Shown one piece after another: positions 25,961 to 38,125 of a DNA stretch of 64,000 nt. The DNA is taken from positions 33,170,001-33,234,000 of the forward strand of contig OZ241832.1 of assembly GCA_965202585.1 (NCBI GenBank). Reading direction: 5' to 3'. The position numbers and the translations under genes were made by a program. The first letter of the stretch is position 1; every line of letters starts with the position of its first letter. Source of the stretch: Thalia democratica (Eukaryota). Under the pieces are notes generated by a model. It saw only the letters and a list, made by a program, of their open reading frames with translations. It did not search any database and was not told the origin of the DNA.

Positions 25961-28900
25961 TTTGTACACAGTTTAATGGGTTATATTTTTAAGATTATCT
26001 TGTTTTGTAAACTGTGCAAGCTTTCAATCTGAGATAAACTTGTATTTGATTTAACAAACGTGTTTGGTTAAAACACTAAAGGAGTCATTTTTAGGGTTTA
26101 TAAGTTAAATTTTAAGTAAATATAACAAATTTTAAGTTTATAGTTTTAAGTTCTTGTAAGTTTAAAAACTTTTTAAACTAATTAAGTAAGTTGTTAAGTT
26201 TTATTTTCTGTCTATAGGGAATCTGTGTTAAGTTTATTCAAAAAATTTATATTTAATGTATCATGAACTTAACCCGCCTTTTTTAGCTTTGTAAAGCATA
26301 TAAACAAGAAAGTAGCACCACCTGACTTAATCTTACGACTGTATAAATGTAAAATGAAACTATTAGACTTTGAATAAGTCTTAAAACCAAACTTCTAAAA
26401 GAAATCATCTACTTTTAAAAAAAAAGTTAACATGTTTCTTCACGTTTAAAACTTTCTAAAACATTTTTTTTAACGAAACCTGTTTGACCTTTGATACATA
26501 AACTCATTACTTGACCTACAAAAACTGAAGTTCATTAAGGTGTAGCAATTTTACATGTTAAAGTCGTATAACGCAATTTATCACAGCCTTAAACTTTTTA
26601 ATTTGTTTGTACATTGGTAGTGCGTTTTTGCTAAAGTTTTGTTGACTGATAGTAACACACAACTTAAAAAGTGTAAGTAAGTAATATAATAAAAATTTAA
26701 ATAAATTGATTGATAATACATAAAACAAAAAAGAAAATTATGGTATATAATTAGTCTAAAGTTACTTAAAATAAAGTTAACTAGCATTGTCAACTGATAG
26801 TTTTTGAAATATTTGAATTAATTAAGTTGAAAAGTTTTCGTTTGACTTCATTTTAATTGATATGAGGTCAAATGGAAACTTTTAAAGTTGATTAATCCAG
26901 ATTTTTCAAAAACTATCAGGTGACAATGCTAATAAAACTTCTTTTAATTTAAGTATATATATAATAAATATAATCATTAAAAAAAATCTTAACAGCTATG
27001 TTTTAAACAATCCATCTAAAACAGTTTCTAAAAACCTTCTTAAGTTTTGTTTTTAACCAAACACATACTATGTTAGAGTTTTTCAAAGCAAAATTTGTAC
27101 TTTTTATAAATTTTTAAAACTTAGTACTTCCGAAAGTATCTTAAACCGATTGCTCAAAACAGTAAGGTTTATGAGTTCATTTAAAGGTAAAACATCTTCA
27201 TTTTCAATGATTAATTGTATCAAGGCCAAATATTAATAAAACTACTTTCATCTTTTGATGTTTTTATGTTTTATACAGTATAGCATAAAAATCTAAGAGT
27301 TATTTTAAATATCAACGGCATAAAAACGAGTTACAATTTTTTTGATTATAAAAAAAGTTGTAAATAAAGTAAAAAATAATTGAAACTTTGTAAATGAGCT
27401 AGAATGAATAAGTGTAATATCTTAAATATCATTTAACTTAAGTTAAAGAGTGGAATTTTTTCTTCTTTTAAACAGTTAAGTATTAAAAAAACTATACAAT
27501 AACTTTTTGCAGAATGTGGTGTTATATTTTAATTAACTATAATGTTTCATACAGCAAAAATATTCATCTAACTTCATATGATATATATTATAAGTTTCGG
27601 CTCAAGTTTCATTACCACTTAAAGATAGTAGTTGTATGTTTTGCCTAAAATGTTTCGTAAAAAAATGTTTTACATTTGACAATGGTGTTTGTATTGTAAT
27701 AAATTTAATACAACGCTTTACTAATATACTTGTTATGTTGTTTTTAAACGTTTAATGTTTAGTACAATTTTTTTATAAACTTAGTTTCTCACTAACTTTT
27801 AAAAAGGTAACAAACATTTTTTTATTGTATATATTTAACTGAATTTTATAGAGTTTCAATGATTTAATTGTTTAAGCTTTTATGTTTTCATAATATGATT
27901 GTATTCTTACTTTTGAATGAATATCATAAAAAATATTAAATTTAAATAGTCGTAAAATTTAAAGTAAAAAACAGTCATAAATATCTAATTAAAAAAAATA
28001 TATAACTCTATTGTACATGTCTAAAGTGATAATTTTATTTTTACTGTGATACTAAATTCTTGTAAATGTTTGTTACAAGTTTTCCTATAAAATTCCAATA
28101 AAAAAAAATTTAAGTGTAACATATACTTTAAACAAGTTTAATTCTTTAATAAAATTATATACTAATTTGGGCTTACGTTTTTCTACAAAACAATACTAAA
28201 GTTTTTTTTTCTCTGACGGATTTTATGGTAAGTTTCAAATGAATAGAAACTTTAAATGTTTATAACTCAAACACTAAAATTGCATTTTTTACTTAAACAA
28301 TTTAGATATATTGAAATTTTAACTAAATAATAGTTAGATAAAAAAGACAAAAAAAATCTAATGTATAAAATTTTGTAATTATGATAAATATTTACTCATT
28401 TACTCAATAGAAATTTTTTCAGTTTGTGTTTTTGAGTTAACAAGTTCAGTTTAATTTTTTTTGTTAATTTTAACTTATTATAATATACAAAACAAAACTA
28501 CTACTTTAAAATTCTTTTTCACAGTTTTCAATTAAATTGTTTCAACTTTTTTTTTTTTTCTGTATTAAAGTATAAGTTTATAAAAATATCTTATTAGTGC
28601 ATCTGTAAAATTTTATTACTTACTTTTGAAATTTTGTTTATACGATTTTACTTTTTTGTTACAATATACAAAAATAAAATAGAAATAATTTTTTTGTTTT
28701 GCTTATCTTAAGCCAAAACAATTAAGTTTTTCCTCCTTAAGTTGTTGTTTTCGTAAGGTGTTTAAATTTAAATTAAACAAACAAACAAAAAAAAAAATAC
28801 TGAAAAATGTTTTTCCTTTGAAAACTTTTACAAGGAACATTTTAAGAAATAATGCAAACTGTTGTTACAGGTATATAGTTACTTTACTTGATAACTTAAC

Positions 28901-29930
28901 TTAGCTACGTTTACTTCATTCTTTTAATTAAACACTAACTTTCTTTAAACTTTTAAAAACGTTGTTAAAAGAAAAATACTACAAGTTCATGTAAACTTAG
29001 TTTTTTTGTATTAAAGTTCACTCGAAGTTAAGGTGATCTCAAACAAATAGTGGTCAAACTAAACCCTGTCAAAGACACGACGTAGATAAAAAATCAGCAC
29101 TGTATATTCGAAAAAAAAAACAAAAACATTTTAAGATTTTATACTTCAATCTTTTTTGACTCAACTTGTTGTATCTTTAAACTTGCAAAAATACGATAAA
29201 CCTTTGTCGATTACTTTATAATGCTATACTACAAATTAATGATGTACGTAAAATCGCTTTGTTTTGTAATAAATAGTTGTAAAGTACGACGGGCCGTTAA
29301 ATTATCTGTTTATAAAATCCGGCTCGTTACTGATAAAAGCCTGCCGACTTATGCTACAATTTTTCAAATCATTTAGTTTTTAAAATGTTATTTTAAATTT
29401 AATATAATATAAAACTAAAACTTTAAGATGTGATAAGATGATAGCTTTAATTAACCTTTTTGAACATTTTAAGCTTATGAATATGTTTTAAGATTCTAAT
29501 AGTTTTTGTTTTGCAATTTATGTCAGTAACGATTAAAAAAAATAACTCTGAAAAAATAAGATTGTTTTTTCACCAATAGAAGCTTACCAATTTAACTGTT
29601 TGTAGTAACAATTTAAAATTTCTACAATTACTACATTACACATTATCCAAGTTAAGCAAAAATTACATTAGTTTTACGTCGGTATATTTTAAGAGAAGGA
29701 AGTAATTACCATTTCGAAGTTAAAAAGAACCTTTTTACTCTTTAGTGTAATAAAAAGTGCACCTAATGAAAGCTTTTCATTTAAAACTGGCTGGAAGTTT
29801 TTTTTCTAAAGTTTGAAACAATGACTATCAAAAGTAGAATTTTAAAACATTTTACAGTTATGTTTGTAACAAGTTAAAGTATGTTGGGTACTATTTTATT
29901 TTTCTTCATACTGAAATTGTTTTTTATAAC

Positions 29931-30030
29931 TTTTGTGGACTTATATCAACTTGCTGGACAAAAAGTGATAAGGTATCCGTGGTGTGCAACTGGATAACCA
30001 AAAAGTTTTTCGTTCACCAGGTCCTAGGAT
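29931..30030. ncRNA. Candidate structured RNA, array block C copy 1 (H/ACA-like on -, SL-like on +)
   Basis: Two foldable hairpins; on the - strand ACACCA (ANANNA) and a terminal ACA. Motif and fold inspection only. Confidence 0.3.
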
Positions 30031-31602
30031 AAGATATTTTACATTTTTACTTTGATTAAAAAGTTTCGATTTTATAAATTTCAACCTTTCTAATTGTTTT
30101 TTATCAACAAACGTAGTGCTTTCTTACAAATAACTTGCATGAGTTTATTCAAACACAAAAAAAATTATTTTGGTATTTACATTCAAGTTTTAATTTATAA
30201 ATATTTTATTAGTACATATATAAAAGGTATGCATAATTTTATGATAAAAGCAATTTTTGCTTTCTACTTTTATAGCTTTTATTGTTTTGTTACAAAAAAA
30301 ATAAAAATTAGTTTTTAGAATTGACATTTCTTTCGCTTTTCTTTAGCTAAAAGTTTTTGTTTTTCCTCCCAAAATATTTGTTTCTGTAAGCTGTTTAAAC
30401 GAAATCTAAAACAGTAAACAAAATATTTTTTAACAGTAAATAAATCTTTAAAAAACTTATTGAATAAAAGTTTGAAATATAATATATAATTTTGTTACAG
30501 TTATTGATACCACTTAATAGCTAAACTAAGCATTTTTAACTTATACTTTTAATTGAATATTAATTTTCTTTAAAACAAACCTTTTAAAAATTTAATAGAA
30601 AAACACTTGTTTAAAGAAGTAAGTTTACATGAACTTGTAAGGTCACTCGAAATTAAGTTGATCTCAAATAAATAGTGGTCAAACTAAACCCTGTCAAAGA
30701 CACGACATAGATAGAAAATCAGCACTATATATTTAAAAATGATAATGTGACAAAATAAAAACTCGTTTAAGAACTTATACATAAAATAATATTTATTAAA
30801 CCTGCTTTCTTTAACAAAAAGTTATTAAAAATTTAAAAACCAAATGCTAAATTTAACTTTTAATTTCCGTTTAGTTACGATAAAGCTATGTCGCTCTACT
30901 CTATGATAGTTTAACTAGAAACTAATTTTTAAACGTGAAATCTGTTATTTTTGTTTTGTAACAAATAGTTGTAATTTACGACGAGCCGTGAAATTATCTG
31001 TTTATAAAATCCGGCTCGTTACTAATAAAAGCCTGCCGACTTATGCTATAGTTTTTTATTTATCTAGTTTTTTTTTTTAAACATTTAGCTTATTAATTGT
31101 TGTTTTAAAACTAAAGTGCTGAGACCGGTATGATAACAGCTTTTAAAATCTTTTTAAAAATATAAAGCTTAAGAACTAGTTTTAAAGTTTTAATAGCTTT
31201 TTTTTTGCAAGTTGTTTTAGTTACGATTTAAAAAATAACTAACTTAAAAAATATTTTTTCACCAATAGAAGTTAAACTATTACTGTTTGTAGTAACAGTT
31301 TAATATTTCTAACAATTACTGCATTACACCTAGTTCAAGTTATGTAAACATCGCATAAGTTTTACGTTTGTAAACTTTTAAGAGAAGCAAGTATTTACGG
31401 TTTTGAAGTTGAAAAGGTCCTTTTTAATCTTTAGAGTAATAAAAGTGCACCAATTAAAAGCTCTTATTTACAACTAGCTGAAAGTTCTTTTCAAAAATTT
31501 GGAATAGAGACTTTCAAAAGTATAATTTTAATACATTTGTAAAAGTAATGTTTTTTGAGTACTATTATAATTTTCTTCATATTAAAAATAGTTTTTTACA
31601 AA

Positions 31603-31700
31603 TTTTGTGGACTTATATTAACTTGCTGAACAAGACGTGATAAGGTACCCGTGGTGTGCGATTGATAACCAAATGGTTCTTCGTTCACCAGGTCCTAGGA
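31603..31700. ncRNA. Candidate structured RNA, array block C copy 2
   Basis: - strand reads hairpin-ACACCA-hairpin-ACA. + strand reads ATAAG|GTACC, hairpin, GTCCTAGGAC palindrome, ATTTTGA. Confidence 0.3.
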
Positions 31701-33256
31701 CGGAATATTTTATATTTTGACTTTGATTAAGAAGTTTAGATTTTTGTTAAGTTCACCCCTTTTAGCTGTTATTTATGGACAAATTTAGTGCTTTGAAATA
31801 ATTTGCATGAGTTTCTTCAACCACAAAATATTTTATTTTGGTTGTATTTACATTCAAGTTTTAATTTATAAAATATCTTGTTAGTACATCTGTAAAAGAT
31901 GTGTTTGACTAAAGCAATTTTCGCTACCTGCTTTTATAACTTTCAAAGCTTTTATTGTTTTTACTATAAAAAACATAAAAAAATAATTTTCAGAACTGAT
32001 ATTTTTCTTTCGCTTTTTTTTAGCTAAACGTTTTTATTTTTCCTCCCAAAATATTTGTTTTTGTAAGCTGTTTAAACGAAATCTAAAAAAGTAAACAAAA
32101 TATTTTTTTACTAGAAATAAATGTATAAAAAACTTATTGAATAAAAGTTTGAAATAATGATTCATAATGTTATTACAAGTAATTATACTACTTGATAACT
32201 TAACTAAGCATTTTTAATTCATACTTTTAACTGAGCATTAACTTCCTTTAAAGTAAGCCTTTTAAAATCTTAATAGAAAAACACTTGTTCAAAGAAGTAA
32301 GTTTACATGAACTTGTAAAGGTCACTTAAAATTTAGTTGAACTCAAATAATTAGTGGTCAAACTAAACCCTGTCAAAGACACGACATAGATAGAAAATTA
32401 GCACCGTATTTTAAAAATGATAATGTGACAAAATTAAAACTCGTTTAAGAACTTATACATAAAATAATATTTATTGAACCTGCTTTCTTTAACAAAAAGT
32501 TATTAAAAATCTAAAAACCAAATGCTAATATAAACTATTAATTTTCGTTTATTTACGATTAAACTATGTCGCTAACTCTATGATAGTTTAACTAGAAACT
32601 AATTTTTTAAGTGAAATCTTTTATTTTTGTTTTGTAACAAATAGTTGTAGTTTACGACCGTTCGTGAAATTATCTGTTTATAAATCCGGCTCGTTACTAA
32701 TAAAAGCCTGCCGATTTATGCTATAAGTATTTTAAACATTCAGCCTTTAATTGTTATTTTAAAATTAAGGTACTGAGACCGAAATAACAACAGCTTTAAA
32801 AAAAATTTATAAAAATTTTAAGCTTAAGAACTAATTCTAAAGTTTTAATAGCTTTTTTTTGCAAGTTGTTTTAGTTAAGATTGGAAAAATAACTAACTTA
32901 GAAAAAATATTTTTCACTAATAGAAGTCAAACTATTACTGTTTGTAGTAAAAGTTTAATATTTCTAACAATTACTGCATTACACCTAAACCAAGTTATGT
33001 AAACATCGCATAAGTTTTACGTTTGTAAACTTTTAAGAGAAGCAAGTAATTACGATTTTGAAGTTGAAATAGTCTTTTTTAATCTTTAGAGCAATAAAAG
33101 TGCACAAATTAAAAGCTCTTATTTACAACTGGCTGAAGGTTGTTTTCAAAAATTTGGAATAAAAATAAAAACTGTAGAATTTTAATACATTTGTAAAAGT
33201 AATGCTTGTTGAGTACTATTATAATTTTCTTCATGTTAAGAATAGTTTTTTACAAC

Positions 33257-33357
33257 TTCTGTGGACTTATACTAACTTTTGTGGACAAGATGTGATAAGG
33301 TATCCGTGGTGTGCGACTCGATAACCAAATGGTTCTTCGTTCACCAGGTCCTAGGAC
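33257..33357. ncRNA. Candidate structured RNA, array block C copy 3
   Basis: Same conserved boxes and hairpins as copy 2. Confidence 0.3.
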
Positions 33358-34920
33358 GGAATATTCTATATTTTGAGTTTGATTAAGAAGTTTTGATTTT
33401 TGTAAAGTTCACCCCTTTTAGCTGTTATTTATGAAAAAAATTAGTGCTTTGAAATAACTTGCATAAATTTCTTCAACCACAAAATATTTTATTTTGGTTG
33501 TATTTAAATTCAAGTTTTAAATTTATAAAATATCTTATTAGTACATCTATAAAAGATGTGTTTGATTTTATGAAAAAAGCAATTTTCGCTACCTTCTTTT
33601 ATAACTTTCAAAGCTTTTATTGCTTTACTATAAAAAATATAAAAATTAATTTTTAGAACTAATATTTTTCTTTCGCTTTTCTTTAGCTAAACGTTTTTAT
33701 TTTTCCACCCCAAAATATTTGTTTTTGTAAGCTGTTTAAACGAAATCTAAAAAAGTAAACAAAATATTTTTTACTAGAAATAGATCTTTAAAAAACTTAT
33801 TGAATAAAAGTTTGAAATATAATATATAAATTTGTTACAGTTATTGATACTACTTGATAGCTTAACTAAGCGTTTTTACCTCGTACTTTTAATTGAACAT
33901 AAACTTTCTTTAAAGTAAGCCTTTTGAAAATTTAATAGAAAAACACTTGTTCAAAGAAGTAAGTTTACATGAACTTGTAAAGTCACTCGAAATTAAGTTG
34001 ATCTCAAATAAATAGTGGTCAAACTAAACCCTGTCAAAGACACGACATAGATAGAAAATCAGCACTATATATTTAAAAATAATATCATGACAAAACAAAA
34101 ACTCGTTTAAGATCTTACACATGAAAAATATTTATTCAACCTGTTGCTTTTTTTAAACAAAAAACTATTAAAACTTAAAAAATAAATGCTAAATTGAACT
34201 TTTATATTCCCTTCAGTTACGATTAAGCTATGTCGCTTACTCTATGATAGTTACACTGGAAACTAATTTTAAACGTGAAATCTGTTATTTTTGTTTTGTA
34301 ATAAATAGTAGTAATTTACGACGGGCCGTGAAATTATCAGTTTATAAAATCCGGCTCGTTATAATAAAAGCCTGCCGACTTGTACTATAAATATTTTAAA
34401 CATCTAGTTTTTTTTTAAACATTTAGCTTATTAATTGTTGTTTTAAAACTAAAGTGCCGAGACCGGTATGATAACAGCTTTTAAAATCTTTATAAAAATT
34501 TAAAGCTTAAGAACTAATTTTATAGTTTTAATAGCTTTTTTTTGCAAGTTTTTTTAGTTACGATTCGAAAAATAACTAACTTAAAAAAATATTTTTCCCC
34601 AATAAAAGTTAAACTATTACTGTTTGTAGTAACAATTACTGCATTACACCTAAACCAAGTTATGTAAACATCGCTTAAGTTTTACGTCTGTAAACTTTTA
34701 AGAGAAGCAAGTATTTACGGTTTTGAAATTGAAAAGGTCCTTTTTAATCTTTAGAGTAATAAAAGTGCACCAATTAAAAGCTCTTATTTACAACTAGCTG
34801 AAAGTTTTTTTCAAAAATTTGGAATAGAGACTTTCAAAAGTATAATTTTAATACATTTTCAAAAGTGATGTTTTTGAGTACTATTATAATTTTCTTCATA
34901 TAAAAATAGTTTTTTACAAA

Positions 34921-35020
34921 TTTTGTGGACTTTTTTTAACTTGCTGAACAAAACGTGATAAGGTACCCGTGGTGTACGACTCGATAAGCAAAAATTTCTT
35001 CGTTCACCAGATCCTAGGAC
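34921..35020. ncRNA. Candidate structured RNA, array block C copy 4
   Basis: Same conserved boxes; the lower stem is partly disrupted. Confidence 0.27.
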
Positions 35021-36574
35021 GGAATATTTTACATTTTGACTTTGATTAAAAAGTTTAGATTTTTGTGAAGTTCACCCTTTTTAGCTGTTATTTATGAACA
35101 AATTTAGTGCTTTGAAATAACTTGCTTGAGTTTCTTCAACCACAAAATATTTTATTTTGGTTGTATTTACATTCAAGTTTTAATTTATGAAATATCTTAT
35201 TAGTTCATCTATAAAAGATATGTTTGACTAAAGCAATTTTCGCTACCTGCTTTTATAACTTTCAAAGCTTTTATTGTTTTTACTATAAAAAACATAAAAA
35301 TTAATTTTTAGAACTGATATTTTTCTTTCGCTTTTCTTTAGCTAAACGTTTTTATTTTTCCTCCCAAAATATTTGTTTTTGTAAGCTGCTTAAACGAAAT
35401 CTAAAACAGTGAACAAAATATTTTTTTACTAGAAATAAATGTATAAAAAACTTATTGAATAAAAGTTTGAAATAATGATTCATAATGTTATTACAAGTAA
35501 TTATACTACTTGATAACTTAACTAAGCATTTTTAATTTATACTTTTAACTGAACATTAACTTCCTTTAAAGTAAGCCTTTTAAAATCTTAATAGAAAAAC
35601 ACTGGTTCAAAGAAGTAAGTTTACATGAATTTGTAAAGGTCACTTAAAATTTAGTTGAACTAGAAATAAATAGTGGTCAAACTAAACCCTGTCAAAGACA
35701 CGACATAGATAGAAAATTAGCACCGTATTTTAAAAATGATAATGTGACAAAATTAAAAATCGTTAAAGAACTTACACATAAAATAATATTTATTGAACCT
35801 GCTGCTTTCTTTAACAAAAAATTATTAAAAATTTAAAAACCAAATGCTAATATAAACTTTTAATTTTCGTTTATTTACGATTAAACTATGTCGCTTACTC
35901 TATGATAGTTTAACTAGAAACTAATTTTTTAAGTGAAATCTGTTATTTTTGTTTTGTAACAAATAGTAGTAGTTTACGACCGGCCGTGAAATTATCTGTT
36001 TATAAAATCCGGCTCGTTACTAATAAAAGCCTGCCGACTTATTCTATAAATATTTTAAACATTTAGCTTATTAGTTATTATTATAAAACTAAGGTACTGA
36101 GACCGATATGACAACAGCTTTAATAAAAGTTTATAAAAATTTTAAGCTAAAGAACTAATTCTAAAGTTTTCATAGCTTTTTTTTTTTCAAGTTGTTTTAG
36201 TTACGATTTAAAAATAACTAATTTGAAAATAAATATTTTTTCACTAAGAGAAGTTAATTTAATACTAATGTTTGCAGTAACAGTTTAAAATTTCTACAAT
36301 TACTACATTACACCTAAACCAAGTTAAGTAAAAATTACATTAGTTTTACGTTGGTATATTTTAAGAGAAGGAAGTAATTACGATTTTGAAGTTAAAAAGA
36401 ACCTTTTTATTCTTTAGTGTAATAAAAAGTGCACCTATTGAAAACTTTTCATTTAAAACTGGCTGGAAGTTGTGTTCAAAAAGTTGGAATAGAGACTTTC
36501 AAAATTATAATTTTGTACATTTTTAAAAGTAACGTTTTTTGAGTACTATTTTAGTTTTCTTCAATTTTTACAAT

Positions 36575-36673
36575 TTTTGTGGACTTATACTAACTTTTGT
36601 GGACAAGATGTGATAAGGTATCCGTGGTGTGCGACTCGATAACCAAAAAGTTTTTCGTTCACCAGGTCCTAGG
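36575..36673. ncRNA. Candidate structured RNA, array block C copy 5
   Basis: Same conserved boxes and hairpins. Confidence 0.3.
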
Positions 36674-38045
36674 TCCAAGTATTTTACATTTTGACTTTGA
36701 TTAAAAATTTTCGATTTTTTTAAAGTTCACCCTTTTTGTATTGTTTTTTATCAACAAACTTAGTGCTTTCTTACAATTAACTTGCAGGAGACCACAAAAT
36801 ATTTATTATGGTTGTATTTATACTTAAGTTTTAATCTATAAAATATTTTATAAGTACATCTATAAAATATGTGTTTCATTTATGACAAAAGTAATTTTCG
36901 CTACCTGCTTTTATAATTTTAAAAGCTTTTATTGTTTTATTAGAAAATACATAAAAATTAAATTTTAGAACTGATATTTTTCTTTCGCTTTTCTTTAGCT
37001 AAAAGTTTTTGTTTTTCCTCCCAAAAAAATTTTTTTGAAGCTGTTTAAATGAAATCTAAAACAGTAAACAAAATATTTTTTACTAGAAATAAATCTTTAA
37101 AAAACTTATTGAATAAAAGTTTGAAATATAATATATAATTTTGTTACAGTTATTGATATTACTTAATAGCTTAACTAAGCACTTTTAAATTATACTTTTA
37201 ATTGAACATTTTTATTTTTTAAGTAAGCCTTTCAAAAATTTAATAGAAAAACACTTGTTTAAAAAAGTAAGTTTACATGAACTTGTAAGGTCACTCGAAA
37301 TTAAGTTGATCTCAAATACATAGTGGTCAAACTAGACCCTGTCAAAGACACGACATAGATAAAAAATCAGCACTGTATATTTAAAAATAATATTATGACA
37401 AAATAAAACCTCGTTAAAGATCTTACACATAAAATAATATTTATTCAACCTGTTGCTTTTTTTAAACAAAAAACTATTAAAACTTAAAAAACAAATGCTA
37501 AATTGAACTTTTATATTCCCTTCAGTTACGATTAAGTTATGTCGCTTACTCTATGATAGTTACACTGGAAACTAATTTTAAACGTGAAATCTGTTATTTT
37601 TGTTTTGTAATAAATAGTTGTAATTTACGACGAGCCGTGAAATTATCTGTTTATAAAATCCGGCTCGTTACTAATAAAAGCCTGCCGACTTGTACTATAA
37701 GTATTTTAATCATCTAGTTTTTTTTTAAACATTTAGCTTATTAGTTGTTGTTTTAAAACTAAGGTACTGAGACCTATATGATAATAGCTTTAAATATTTC
37801 TTTAAGCTTAAGTACTAATTTTAGGGTGTCAATAGTTTTTTTTGCAAGTTGCGATTTAAAAAATAACTAACTTTAAAAAAATATTTTTTCACTTACAGAA
37901 GTTAAACTATTACTGAATGTAGTAACAGTTTAACATCTCTAACAATTACTGTTTTACACCTGATTCAAGTTACGTAAATAAATCTACGTTGGTATATTTC
38001 TAAGAAAAGAAAGCGATTACCATTTTGAAGTTAACTAGAAACTAG

Positions 38046-38125
38046 CAGGGCTTCCCAAACTTTTTTTTAAATATTACCCCCTTTGAAGAAATTAAAAAAG
38101 CTATTGCCCCCTCCAACAAAATTAA
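38046..38125 (+). mobile_element. Truncated hAT MITE end interrupting array unit 6
   Basis: Begins CAGGGCTTCCCAAAC with a downstream ACCCCC motif. Array-unit sequence resumes at ~38200-38385. Confidence 0.55.

Noticed and set aside
30970-31050. Block B as a coding micro-exon (LRRAVKLSVYKIRLVTNKSLPTYA)
   Set aside because: Some changes are synonymous, but copies 3 and 4 carry 1-bp deletions, no flanking splice sites are conserved, and the minus-strand frames all contain stops.
31685-31705. CCAGGTCCTAGGACGG resembling twister ribozyme P4/L4
   Set aside because: Lacks the loop AAGC pseudoknot partner and the P1/P2 framework; better explained as a palindrome.
31830-31860. TATTTTGGTTGTATTTA in array units, reminiscent of an ascidian SL leader as I recall it
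   Set aside because: Not followed by an AG|GT donor, low complexity in AT-rich DNA, and my recollection of that leader cannot be verified here.
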